Source: Planctomycetota bacterium
GTDB taxonomy: Bacteria > Planctomycetota > UBA8108 > SXIK01
DNA length: 64,000 nt
Direction of reading: 5' to 3'
Assembly (NCBI GenBank): GCA_965223845.1
Contig: CBDCXR010000004.1
Coordinates: 3,968,001 to 4,032,000 of the forward strand
A model generated the notes under the pieces. It was not told the DNA's origin and made no database searches. It saw only the letters and a program-made list of their open reading frames with translations. Position numbers and translations under genes: made by a program. Positions 36,301 through 45,631 of the stretch are shown piece by piece (positions within the stretch are counted from its first letter, which is position 1; the number at the start of each line of letters is the position of its first letter).

Positions 36301-38942
36301 CCGGCACGCGTGAGCGTCGCGCGCGCGGCGTCGATTTCCCCGCGGTGCGCCGCGCGAACACCCGACCAGTACTCGAGAGCCTCTGAATCGGTGAGACGCT
36401 CGAGCAAGCGGTCCATCGTGATCCACCATCGCGCCTTCACGGCGGCGGTGAGTAGCGTCTCCAGCGGGAGCTCCCAGTCCTCGAGGAGAAGCCCCACCGC
36501 AAGAGCACTCCGCCACTCGCCGCGTTCGGCGAGCGCGATCACTACGGCGCGAACCGCTGCTCCCGGCGTGTCGTCGACAATCAGGTTCTGCGCCCAAATC
36601 CCCGCCGGGATCATCTCTCCGCTCTCCCGGCACCGCTCGGCGAGAAGATCAAACGCGGCACGCCGGAGTGCGGGTTCCTCCGCGCGGAGGAACAGCCTGC
36701 GGACCTCGAGGTGGAAGAGGTAGTGCTCGCCGACGCTCCAGAGAGCCCGGCAACGTTCGAGGTGCGCCGCGCGGCGCTGCCGGCGGTCGCCGACGCGCGC
36801 GAGCTCGCTCCAAGTCTCGAGCGCGGGGACCCATCGCCCTTCGACCGTCAGCCGACGCGCGCGTTCGAGAAGTTCGTCCGCGTACTCCGCGTCGAGTGCG
36901 TCCGGACGCCGAATCTCGATCGACGCGCCGCTACCTGCTGATCTCTCGAGGGCCTCAAGTCCTCGCTCCAGCCAGCGGAACACTCCGGACCACTGCGCGA
37001 CCAGCCGTCTCCGCGTCTCCGAGATCCAAGCGCGCTCTCGACGCCATCGCCGGTATGAATTCGCGAACAACTCCGCCGGTGATCCGTCATCGAGCGCGTC
37101 GAGAGCAGCGAGGTACTCGCGCTCCGTCATTCGGTACGGTTCAGAGTCCAGATAGTCGAGAGCGACATGGATCGGCTCTCCTCCTCCGTCCGCCCAGAGG
37201 CCGATCTCCTCGACACCGCGGGGGAGATCGATCACCGCGCTCGCCGCCGGAACGATCTCCCGCGGCGTCGCGCGTCCGCTGAGATGGCGGAGAAGCTCGT
37301 ACTCATCGTTCCGACCCGTCGTCGCCCAAACGACCGAGCGGGCGATCTCGAGGTCCGCGGGGACGACTCGCTCGGCGAGCTCGGATGGGAGCGAGCTGAG
37401 CGTGAGCTCGCGCTCGCCGCGGTTGCCTAGCCGAAGCCAGATCTTGCGTTCGGAGTCATCGTGTTGGCGCAACACGACAAGACGGAGCCTCGACGGAGCT
37501 CCTCGCTCTGGCAGACGGAACCGAAGCTCGTGATCTCGGTTCGACGGCAGCGCTGCAAACGTACCGAACGGGACGGGTGGCGCGAACCGGATCAGATCGC
37601 GCTCGCGCACAAAAACGTCCTCGGCCAACGCGTAGGGATCGCGAAATCGGTGAGTCACGCGCGCTCGACGGCGGAGGCTGCTGCCGGACGGAACGGCGAC
37701 GGGAAGGAGATTCACGTAGCGATCGTGCCGGTTCGACATCACGTTCGCCGCGCGATCATCGACCGGCGCCGCGCCAAGTCGCTTCGCTTCCTCTCTGAGC
37801 AGCCACGACGCGACAAGTCCCGCGTCGGGGTGTCCCCGAGCGTACACGGAATCGAAGACCGCGATCGCAGGGGATCGCTCGATCCGTTCGCTCCAGCGAT
37901 CCGCGTGATCGAACATCCCGAGATCGCTCAGGTGCTGTTCTCCCGCGAGAGCATCGAACACCGTCTGTACGCCACTCGCGGCGTCCGGCGACGGCGGTAG
38001 CGGCGGGTGGAGAAGAAAGTCGTCGGCTCGCCACGCGAGCAAACGGCAGAGGAGCGACGACTCCGAGACGATGCGTAGAGAGTGGCGTCCCTCGTCCAGG
38101 CGAAACGACACGTAGCGTTCGTAACCGTGACCCCGACGCGTCGCGGACGAGCCGACCCGTGATCGATCGATGGTCGTTTCGATCTGCTTCACCTCCTCGA
38201 CGCCGTCGACGACGAAGCGGACGCGGTAACCTTCGATCGAGCGAGTCGTCCCGTGTGGATAGAGAAGTCGCGAACCAAACAGGAGATCGACGGGGCCGCG
38301 CACGACCACGTCGATCGGGCGCCCCGCGGGCACGCGAGAGTACGCTCTCCCGTAGTGGAATCGACTACGGCGAAGCGTCACCTCGTCGAAACCGGGAAGC
38401 GGAACTCGGCGGTGATACTCCGATGCGACCGAGTCTCGATCGATGCGCGCTAGGAATACAGCGAAGCGTGTCTTTCTCCCTTCGTTCCCGCCGACGCGGA
38501 TGCGAAGGACTTGCGGGACGTTCACCTCGGTGGCGACGAGGAGCGATTCCCCGCCGGGCAGAGCTCGCGCCGGGACGGGGACGAACAGTCCGTCGGGTCC
38601 CGATCGCTCGAACGAGAACGATCGCGACAGATCGGCGACCTCGTTTGCGACGACGCGCACGACGGCGTTCTCGCCCACGTGAAGAAGGATCGCGTCTCCG
38701 GTCTCGAGCTCCCACTCGTGGCGCGTGGTCGAACCGTTCCACTCGGGGAGCTTCCCCGCGACGAGGAGGGGAGCCCCCTCGATGTTGTCCCACCGGAGAC
38801 GCGCTCCGGTCGAGTCGAACGTCGACTCCGCGAAGATGACGGGGCGCTCGTCCGAGCTCGTCGCATCTCCGCCCGAAGCCGCCGACATGCAGATCAGGCA
38901 GGGGAGCCAGACGAGGTAGGTGGACGCTCGAGGGCGTGTCAC
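33366..38942 (-). CDS. giant exported protein (about 1858 aa): beta-sandwich repeats, TPR-like helices and putative C-terminal outer-membrane beta-barrel
   Basis: GTG start overlapping the upstream stop; signal-like N-terminus; repeated GP.x.(L/V) and G.H.L.(I/V/L) motifs; amphipathic aromatic strands in the last ~300 aa. Confidence 0.65.
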   Translation of the reverse strand: MTRPRASTYLVWLPCLICMSAASGGDATSSDERPVIFAESTFDSTGARLRWDNIEGAPLLVAGKLPEWNGSTTRHEWELETGDAILLHVGENAVVRVVANEVADLSRSFSFERSGPDGLFVPVPARALPGGESLLVATEVNVPQVLRIRVGGNEGRKTRFAVFLARIDRDSVASEYHRRVPLPGFDEVTLRRSRFHYGRAYSRVPAGRPIDVVVRGPVDLLFGSRLLYPHGTTRSIEGYRVRFVVDGVEEVKQIETTIDRSRVGSSATRRGHGYERYVSFRLDEGRHSLRIVSESSLLCRLLAWRADDFLLHPPLPPSPDAASGVQTVFDALAGEQHLSDLGMFDHADRWSERIERSPAIAVFDSVYARGHPDAGLVASWLLREEAKRLGAAPVDDRAANVMSNRHDRYVNLLPVAVPSGSSLRRRARVTHRFRDPYALAEDVFVRERDLIRFAPPVPFGTFAALPSNRDHELRFRLPERGAPSRLRLVVLRQHDDSERKIWLRLGNRGERELTLSSLPSELAERVVPADLEIARSVVWATTGRNDEYELLRHLSGRATPREIVPAASAVIDLPRGVEEIGLWADGGGEPIHVALDYLDSEPYRMTEREYLAALDALDDGSPAELFANSYRRWRRERAWISETRRRLVAQWSGVFRWLERGLEALERSAGSGASIEIRRPDALDAEYADELLERARRLTVEGRWVPALETWSELARVGDRRQRRAAHLERCRALWSVGEHYLFHLEVRRLFLRAEEPALRRAAFDLLAERCRESGEMIPAGIWAQNLIVDDTPGAAVRAVVIALAERGEWRSALAVGLLLEDWELPLETLLTAAVKARWWITMDRLLERLTDSEALEYWSGVRAAHRGEIDAARATLTRAGERGRAALARIDEALAIAQRLRSGSFAERAEAIFAWERWRESLPGPRTWVALDDCVIRYGFSDWVRESRAETRRQLVGAEDGGQVRMKILGPRTVRLRLRPLVDSDYRAGDRAWIDVRIDGELHPMPVTSSEVVASLSLMQRRRYRSLNRIEEEFDLGPGLHELVVEPRGVAVLVRTFEHRPALWEGLLARWSPAVVASVLRDRDRNTPRAMGPSYPARLELERDTITAARLPYRIPVYPIRASLAGTIRELPGGIDPALLARLALRLEARSLVGQRPPSVDDLPADSAIVDPRELDLASYRFLSGSRTHAGSTGRALIATLLERGDLTSITELSVPEDPETAVVYLRALLLAVESGHRAEKTAAAKALIALRSFPERREVAGIARRLSQRYHWRLVSSIVSRAGLRSIRTSPSESESPRTRVRQALAGPSPLGTSARQLGRREQFVHVIDRPRPSRWIVHVASESATSRAIRPVEVVCELDDWDRRTIDLSVDRPRAALSWIVPSGFHRLRLRVVDGAPNQFLSVAVEDIDGTVSEDDDAGGESPVASRIYQVSRNDRRLRVAVEGPTVVRVDELRDDEVHSEYHLVEEGWQELEIPPSEGRDRGLFRAFEYVPREERLEPPEILTPDVEPPPKAEPPWRIDDERQAGTVVAKDGVELSGQEDGTRSFAAVFRRRRASEEDGDERIIAEQFLELRAIHRWRSEWWRAYFETGALARVREEGGPVVGAWHRFERALDSLPLSAIASARVYAQAPDGDAVAPRGDVEWSLLGRASLEHRAPLGDLTDAILTASLLGRVLSLDSRRDFEPGDVDQDIFTPYKLDHRGGASLAARVVHRPWVDTRWWAGSGLLTNEDLNPVAPDRLWGEVGWAQLLFQWEIALAYRASFFPSDDDRRSSRSRHSLIAEVTQELWSRNATRWEMAFTFRHDLPDNRSTGFLAFVVHFGRGRGYRDFSEVRFRRLRRAAIPSEFTNRISEEQP

Positions 38943-39874
38943 GGCGACGAGTCCACGATGCAGGTCCAAAGACGTGTGCGAACTTCATGGCTGCGGTGGA
39001 GAGCTCGACGCGCCGCGCGACTCAGTTCTACGTGAAGAAACGTCGCGCCGCGAAACCGACTGAGCAGCTCCGCCTGCGCGTTTTTCGTTCCTCCGAGCTC
39101 ACGGACGTCGCGCGGATAGAGCGAGACCACCGAGCCGGCGCTCTCGTCCCAGCAGGCGCTGACGCTCAAATGGAACCGCGAGGGCTCGCCGCGTCCGGCA
39201 CTCAAGATCACGTCGGAGATCGAAGCCTCCGGTGTCGCGCGCTTCGATTTGTCGTAGCCGTGGAACTGGACGACGACTCCGCGCGGGTAGTGCGTCGCAA
39301 ATGCCCGGGTGTACTCCTGGTAGTAGCTCCGCCGGCGATGGGCGAGGTCGGCATCGTTCCGTGTGCCATCGCCTTCGACCGGTGTCTTTCTCTGAGCGAC
39401 GTTCCACCCGGCGGAGAGCGCGTTTCCTTCCCGAAAGAACGCGGCGGCGATCTCCCCCGTGTTGCGGTCGTAGAAGGCGTGCGGAGCTTGAAGCAAGACC
39501 GCTCGCGCAGATGTACGGCGAAAGACGTAAAAGCCGCGCCCGATGCGTCGCCCGGGTCCTTCCGAGAGAACGAGAAACTCCTCTTTCCCGCGCCGGACTC
39601 GACGCAGCTCCAGATGGAGACGCTCGCACGCGGCGATGGTCTCGTTCAGATCTCGTACCTGACGAAGTAGCGCCGAGAAGATCTGACGCGCGGCGACGAG
39701 CTCTTCGTCCGTAGGATCCTCGTACGTGAAAGTTCGACTGGATCGCCGTAGAGTCTCGAGCGCATCTTCCGTCGAGTGCGCGCTCGGAGAAGCGAGAACG
39801 AGCACACCGGCACACAACGCGGCGCAAAGCACCCAGCCCGTGTTCGTCCGCTTTCGTTCCGCGAGAATCCTCAC
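38939..39874 (-). CDS. exported zinc hydrolase-like protein (poly-gamma-glutamate hydrolase/N-formylglutamate amidohydrolase-like)
   Basis: Signal peptide; LQAPHAFYD...DLAH...VQFHGY putative H/D/H zinc ligands. Confidence 0.6.
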   Translation of the reverse strand: MRILAERKRTNTGWVLCAALCAGVLVLASPSAHSTEDALETLRRSSRTFTYEDPTDEELVAARQIFSALLRQVRDLNETIAACERLHLELRRVRRGKEEFLVLSEGPGRRIGRGFYVFRRTSARAVLLQAPHAFYDRNTGEIAAAFFREGNALSAGWNVAQRKTPVEGDGTRNDADLAHRRRSYYQEYTRAFATHYPRGVVVQFHGYDKSKRATPEASISDVILSAGRGEPSRFHLSVSACWDESAGSVVSLYPRDVRELGGTKNAQAELLSRFRGATFLHVELSRAARRALHRSHEVRTRLWTCIVDSSP

Positions 39875-42402
39875 GCGTCCTCCTCGAGCGGTGCCCTGTC
39901 GTCGCTCTCGCCTTCGAGAATCTTCCGCACCTTCGACTCCCGTCGTTCATCCGACTCCGGGACTTGACGGATCATGTGCACGTAGCAGTCGGGGCCGCTC
40001 CTATGCGTGAGCTCCAACTCGTAGTCGCCCGGCTCGAAATCCTCGTCGAGCGTGATGACCGCATAGGGCAGACTCTTCAGCGGCGAGACGTCCGGCTCGA
40101 GCACGGTGACCGGCGTGCCCTCCACGGTATTGATGTCGAGCTCGTGCCGAGAGAAGGTCCAGCCGCCGCGATCGGCGAGTCCTCGGCTAGCGGGAAGATC
40201 GAGGTGTGCGCCGAGAACGAGTCGCTCCGTCGATTCCACGGGAACGTACATGAGGATCTTGACTCGCTCCGCTCCCGCGGTGTGCTTGACAAGACGGAAC
40301 TTCGCCGGCTCGCCGTCGACCCGATGGATGAGGCGCTTGACCCAAGCCGTCTCATGCGACCCCGCCATGCGACTCCCAAAGCACTGAAGTGCGCGCGGCG
40401 ATGTCACTCGAATCTCGTGGTGTCCGCTAGCAACGGGCGGCAGAACCCAATCGACGAATCTTCCTCGGAGAACGCCCTCTCGAAGGACGCTCCCGTCGAG
40501 AAGGACGCGCACGAACGCGCTTTCGCCGTCGGGCTTGATCCACGTTAGCTTCGGTCGAACGAACGCGTCTCCCGGGTCGCCGGCGATTCGGATGAGATGC
40601 GGAACGCCGAGAGTGAGCCGCTGAAATCGTGTCGCCGAAGGACCGTCCGGAAACCCGATCACCGTTTTCGTCAGGATCGGCAGCGTCGTCGTCTCGCTCA
40701 CGGGCAATTCGGACCGATCCTCCCACTTGAGCTCCGGACGATCGCTCGCCCACCGATTGACGCCGCTCTGGCGCTGAACGAAGAGCTCGCGCCTCTCGCG
40801 CACGAGCCGACCTCCGTCGAGCGCGCGGACCACGTGCCAGCTCCGAGCGAGAGCCCCTTCTCCGTCGACGGCGTGTTGGCGTTCGAATGCGTTCGAGTCC
40901 TCGGGGATCCGCTGACGACGGGGAAGACCGTGCGCTCGCGTGTAGACGCTGACGAGAACGCCGTCCGACGCCGACCGGATTCGCAACGTCTGCGCTCCGG
41001 CGGGTGCCGACACGAAGCGAGACGAGACTTCCGTGACGCGCTCCCCTGTGCGCGCACCGCTGAGCGTTTCGTAGCGTGAGAGCGTTCCGCGGTGGAGGAT
41101 GGCCCCCTCGGTGAGCACGGCTTCCTCCGCGTCGAGGAACTGGTACATCACCGCGGCCGTCGCCGTGCCTTCGAACGCAACCGAATCTTCGACCCAACGC
41201 CGGAGATCGACGCGGTAGGTCGTACCGTGGTTCCAGACCGGGATGACGGCGAGATCGAGAGTTTCGCCTCGCCCCGTGAGGTAAGCCGGCACGAAGACCG
41301 GCTCGGGTGTAATCTCGGGAACGACTGGATCGGAGAGGAGCCACGCCCGCACCGCTACCGTCGCCGACGCCTCGATCTCGAGGATTCCTCCCCGGAATTG
41401 CTTATCGACGACCGTGCCCTCGGCGCCGACGAGAACGGTCGAGCTGTCCCGCTTCGACCAACCCGAACGCCACAGGAAGTGCACACTCGCGGTCTCCGGA
41501 TCGGCGTTCGCCGACTCGCCGACCCGATCGATGCGAAACCGGACGTCTCCGCCGTCCCGCGGGATCGGTACGACACCGACGAGACCCGGCGAAACGACGA
41601 GGCCGTCCGGAAACACCGTCGTTCGGACCTCGGTCTCGAACTCGTCGCGGCGAAGCGAGTACAGCTTTCTCAAGTGATAGCCCCGCCCCTCGATCCCGAG
41701 CGGCGCGAGCGGCGTCCAGCGATTGCGAATGAGCGCGTTCTTCTCGTGCGGGCGAGCGAGGGCCATCGAGTGGACGTGCGCGCGAGCGAGATGGCGCCGG
41801 CTCTCGTTGGACATCCGCTGCCATAGAAATCGAAGCTTGTAGTGCGGCGGCCGATCGCGCACGTACACCTTGACGACGACGTCGCGGACATCCTCCCGCC
41901 CGGGCGCGGCACGCAATCGGAGCCGCTTAGGCCCCGCCGCAAGGCCGTCGAGCTTGAGAGTGATGGCTCGACTGGAGAGCGGTCGCGACTCGTGGCCGAC
42001 GAAGTACCGCGCCGACAGCTGTTCCTTCGTGGTCGGGTCGGTGAGCCACTCCTGTCGAGTGCGGAAGTGGTACGTCGAGCGACGGAGACGGCGCTGCTCG
42101 TCGTCGACGATCTCGTACTCGACCGCGTACGACACGTTCTGCGTGACGTCGTGGGGACGCGACGGTTCCTCGCACGCGTAGGTCGTGACGAGGACCGATG
42201 TGCGGTCGTTCGGGATGTCGAACGTCGTCCAATGGTCGTCGCGGAGGACGTACGTCGTGCTCACTCGCGATCGCCGGACGTTGACGAAGCGCCCCGTCCC
42301 GAGGAGGCGCGTGAGGATGTCATCCGGTACGGCCCACCACGCGACGAGCATCACGAGCAAGAGTCGGCACAGCATGGCGCGACGGGACCGTCTAATCCTC
42401 AT
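39871..42402 (-). CDS. membrane-anchored periplasmic beta-rich hypothetical protein (about 843 aa)
   Basis: ATG at 42402 overlaps the capC-like stop; N-terminal basic plus hydrophobic anchor; beta-strand-rich sequence with GHHEIRV and GDYELEL motifs. Confidence 0.65.
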   Translation of the reverse strand: MRIRRSRRAMLCRLLLVMLVAWWAVPDDILTRLLGTGRFVNVRRSRVSTTYVLRDDHWTTFDIPNDRTSVLVTTYACEEPSRPHDVTQNVSYAVEYEIVDDEQRRLRRSTYHFRTRQEWLTDPTTKEQLSARYFVGHESRPLSSRAITLKLDGLAAGPKRLRLRAAPGREDVRDVVVKVYVRDRPPHYKLRFLWQRMSNESRRHLARAHVHSMALARPHEKNALIRNRWTPLAPLGIEGRGYHLRKLYSLRRDEFETEVRTTVFPDGLVVSPGLVGVVPIPRDGGDVRFRIDRVGESANADPETASVHFLWRSGWSKRDSSTVLVGAEGTVVDKQFRGGILEIEASATVAVRAWLLSDPVVPEITPEPVFVPAYLTGRGETLDLAVIPVWNHGTTYRVDLRRWVEDSVAFEGTATAAVMYQFLDAEEAVLTEGAILHRGTLSRYETLSGARTGERVTEVSSRFVSAPAGAQTLRIRSASDGVLVSVYTRAHGLPRRQRIPEDSNAFERQHAVDGEGALARSWHVVRALDGGRLVRERRELFVQRQSGVNRWASDRPELKWEDRSELPVSETTTLPILTKTVIGFPDGPSATRFQRLTLGVPHLIRIAGDPGDAFVRPKLTWIKPDGESAFVRVLLDGSVLREGVLRGRFVDWVLPPVASGHHEIRVTSPRALQCFGSRMAGSHETAWVKRLIHRVDGEPAKFRLVKHTAGAERVKILMYVPVESTERLVLGAHLDLPASRGLADRGGWTFSRHELDINTVEGTPVTVLEPDVSPLKSLPYAVITLDEDFEPGDYELELTHRSGPDCYVHMIRQVPESDERRESKVRKILEGESDDRAPLEEDA

Positions 42403-45400
42403 GCGACTCTCCCAGAAAGAGGAAGACGGCGTTCGAGTCGACGAACTGGCGCACACGATTCGCCTCGATCGGAATCGCGGCGCGACTGAAGAACTGGCCG
42501 GTCGGGCTGTACGCGAGATTCGTGACGATCGGGAGCAGCTTGCCTCGGTCCTCGACGAGCAGAAACGCTCGCCGCGAGTTCCGGTCGACGATCCGGCGAA
42601 TCCGGTAGTGGGGCCACAGCTGCTGGATCGCCCGGAGGGCATTGATGTCCTGCGTACTCTGATAGAGACGGAGAAGATTGACGAGGCGGTCGGGGAGGGC
42701 GTCGGGCTGCTCGTGAATGTCTTCCACGCGGAGGAGGTCGTGAAGCAGCTCCTCGCGCGTCTCGATCCCGAGCGCGAAACAGTGGGCTGACTGGGAGTTG
42801 CCGTCCGCGACCTGTCGATAGCTCAGTCGAACGAAAGGCGAGAGCCAGAGGCCGACGAATTCCTTCCACTGCGTGCTCGAGAGGTACCGCGCCTGCGCGG
42901 AAGCTCGAAGCTCGTACCCTTCCGTAGAGGGCTCACCCGCGACGAACTCGACGTGAGTGCGGTCGTTGTAGAGAACGCTGAGGAGCTCGTTCCCGAGCGG
43001 ACTCACCTGCGATTCATTCGCCGTTCCGTCGGCGAACGCGAGCAGGGCGTCGGCCTGCGGCGAGGGACCGTCGAGGCGAAAACCGAACGCGCGGACCTGC
43101 ACGACGAGCAGACTCTCCGCGGCCAATTCGCGCAGCGCGACTTGGTGGACGAGGTTGTAGAGGCTCTTCGGGAATCGCGGAGAGTTGACGTTAGACGAGC
43201 CATCCGCGTTCGCGTGGGGGTGCGCACCGGCGACGAGTAGCATGCGCGCCTCGAGCTTCTCAAAGAGAGCGACGCCGTATTCGAAGGTATTCCGTTCCGC
43301 GAGCGGGTGCGGAATCTCGATGATGAACGGACGCGACGGCCCGAGGCGAAATACGTACGTGCCCCAGTACTTGCGCTCGCTCGCGGCGCTTTTCGCCTCG
43401 TCGAGCACGACGTACTCCCGCCCGGAATCGCGATCACGGTAGCGGGCGACGCCGTAGCCGAGCGCAGCAGCCGAAGCGTGCACGGCCCTCAGGTCGTCCT
43501 GATCGGCATGGTTCGATGGGGCCGCGTCGACTGGATCCGAACCGTCCGCCGCGTGTCGCGTCGACTCGACGACCTGAACGAGGGGCGCGACCACTTCTTC
43601 ATCGAAAAAGAGAAGCGCCTCGTCCGGAGGTAGCTGATAGAGCTCGGACCCGGCTCCGGCGATGCTGCCTTTTCGCTCGAGAATCTGCTCGCGGAGAAAG
43701 CCGTCGATTCGCTGGTAGCGGTCGGTCGTCTCGAAGCCTTCCAGCCCCAAGCGGAAGCGAGCCAGAAGCCGCTTCTGATCGAGGCGAGACACGAAGAGCT
43801 CCGCGAAGCCCGCGGCCGCGTCTCGGCGCACGATGTTGTCTCCCGCGTAGCCCGACCAGACGACGTCGAGATGATCGAGGTGCCCATCGAGTTCGCGGAG
43901 CTTCAGATCGCGGGGGATTCGCTTCTTCACCCAGAGGCTAGACACGGCAGTCGCGTCCGGATCGTTCAGCTCTGCCGAGCGAGACCCGCGGACCTGCAGG
44001 ACGTTTCCACGACCGAGCACGCTCTGAAAGACGCGAAACGAACTGCTCCGGGCACGCATCACATCGTTCGGATGAAGCGTCTCTCCCCTACCGATCGCCG
44101 TAGACACGAGCAGGACGCGAGCACCCAGCGCGCGGAAGAGGAATGCTCCGGCTTCGAGCGTCCAGCCCTCGACGAGAGGCCGCGGGACCTGAATCGTGAG
44201 CTCGTTCGTCGCGAACAAATCGATCACGAAGATGCCCCAGCCCTGGCCCGCGCCGCGTTCTCGTACGTAGAGATATCGATCCTCGACACGGCGTGTCTCG
44301 AACCCGATGCGGTGAAACTGCTCTCGTGTTCGCGCGAGAGCAGAGTCGTCCTCGGATTGGAGCGCGGACCGGAGAAGGTCGACGGCGATCGTCAGCTCAC
44401 TCGCGGGCGGTGGTCCGGGTCGCGAGCGCGTCTCCGCCGAACGCTGGCGATAGATCACGATCTTGTCGTCGCGGAGACGCTCGACGAGAGTGCTCTTCTC
44501 GCTCTCGTCCAGATCGGACCAGGCGTGCACCTCACGACTACTCGAGTACGTCGGAATGAACGTGAGCGCGAAGCCGACGCACCCGGACAGCGCGGCGGCC
44601 ATGATCGACACCTGCAGTGTCGTCCGGCTGAGACGCGCGGCGATCCCCTTGTCGTGCATCTTCACGGCCATCAGCGTCGGAAGAAGGTAGCCGAAGCCGA
44701 AAAGATCGGTCGGCTGGACCGCGAGATCGAGACCGTTCGCGAGGTGTCCGAGCGTGAGTTTGTAGAGAAAGGACAGGTTGAAAAAGAGGAGGAGCTTCCG
44801 CGCTCCTTCGATATTCGCTTCCCGGAGAGCCGGCAGTTTGAGGACGAGGATCGCGGCAAAAAGGATCACCCAAGCCTCCGTGAACGACGTCAGAATCTTG
44901 ATGGGGTCGTACCACTGGAGCGCGAGCAGCGACGGTATCAGAATGCCGTTGAAGTCCCACGCGTAGAGTAGGTTCATCCACGATGCGAGGTAAGCCGCGG
45001 TGATGAGGACGATATAGGCCTTGGGGCTCGCGAGGATCGACGCCGAGATGTCCTCGTACATGTACTCGAGGCTCGCGACTCCGAAGTTCGTCACGCGCAT
45101 GAGCACAAACCGGACGACAACGTAGGTGAGCGCGAGCGTGAAGGCCAAGGGACCGATTCCGCGCCGGAGCCCCGGCTTCCACAGTTGGTTCGCGATGAGG
45201 GAGACGACGATGAGTCCGAAGCTGTGGAGGCGATTGACCGCGTCGAATTCGATGCCGAGGTCGTTCGTGACGTAGTCTCCGATTCGAGGGAGGAGATAGC
45301 CGTCGAGCCCGACGCGGACGACCGTGCTGCAGAGAACGAGCGCGAAGAACCGATCCCGCCCGAAGAGCGCCGACCACCAGCCGAAGCGCGAGCAGCGTTC

Positions 45401-45628
45401 GGAGAGAAACCAGACGATCCCGTACGTCAGGATCCCCTCGACGAGCACGACCGCGGCTCCCCACGGCCGCGCGATCATCAGCGGCACCAGGTAGCCGGGG
45501 ACGACCAGTCCGGAGTACGTCCAACCGAGTCGCAGGTTGAACAGAGAGATGATCCACACGCCGACCCAAACCGTCGTCACGACGGATTCCTTCAGGCTCC
45601 CCTCGGGAAAGATCGGCAGCTCCCACAT
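42392..45628 (-). CDS. CapC/PgsC-like polytopic membrane protein fused to two hydrolase-like domains
   Basis: GWTYSGLVVPGYL, LFGRDRF and SFGLIV..LIAN (CapC signature), with a second CapC-like unit (WDFNGILIPSLLAL, IEGARK, FGFGYLLPTLMA). About 700-aa soluble C-terminus. Confidence 0.8.
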   Translation of the reverse strand: MWELPIFPEGSLKESVVTTVWVGVWIISLFNLRLGWTYSGLVVPGYLVPLMIARPWGAAVVLVEGILTYGIVWFLSERCSRFGWWSALFGRDRFFALVLCSTVVRVGLDGYLLPRIGDYVTNDLGIEFDAVNRLHSFGLIVVSLIANQLWKPGLRRGIGPLAFTLALTYVVVRFVLMRVTNFGVASLEYMYEDISASILASPKAYIVLITAAYLASWMNLLYAWDFNGILIPSLLALQWYDPIKILTSFTEAWVILFAAILVLKLPALREANIEGARKLLLFFNLSFLYKLTLGHLANGLDLAVQPTDLFGFGYLLPTLMAVKMHDKGIAARLSRTTLQVSIMAAALSGCVGFALTFIPTYSSSREVHAWSDLDESEKSTLVERLRDDKIVIYRQRSAETRSRPGPPPASELTIAVDLLRSALQSEDDSALARTREQFHRIGFETRRVEDRYLYVRERGAGQGWGIFVIDLFATNELTIQVPRPLVEGWTLEAGAFLFRALGARVLLVSTAIGRGETLHPNDVMRARSSSFRVFQSVLGRGNVLQVRGSRSAELNDPDATAVSSLWVKKRIPRDLKLRELDGHLDHLDVVWSGYAGDNIVRRDAAAGFAELFVSRLDQKRLLARFRLGLEGFETTDRYQRIDGFLREQILERKGSIAGAGSELYQLPPDEALLFFDEEVVAPLVQVVESTRHAADGSDPVDAAPSNHADQDDLRAVHASAAALGYGVARYRDRDSGREYVVLDEAKSAASERKYWGTYVFRLGPSRPFIIEIPHPLAERNTFEYGVALFEKLEARMLLVAGAHPHANADGSSNVNSPRFPKSLYNLVHQVALRELAAESLLVVQVRAFGFRLDGPSPQADALLAFADGTANESQVSPLGNELLSVLYNDRTHVEFVAGEPSTEGYELRASAQARYLSSTQWKEFVGLWLSPFVRLSYRQVADGNSQSAHCFALGIETREELLHDLLRVEDIHEQPDALPDRLVNLLRLYQSTQDINALRAIQQLWPHYRIRRIVDRNSRRAFLLVEDRGKLLPIVTNLAYSPTGQFFSRAAIPIEANRVRQFVDSNAVFLFLGESHED

Positions 45629-45631
45629 CGC

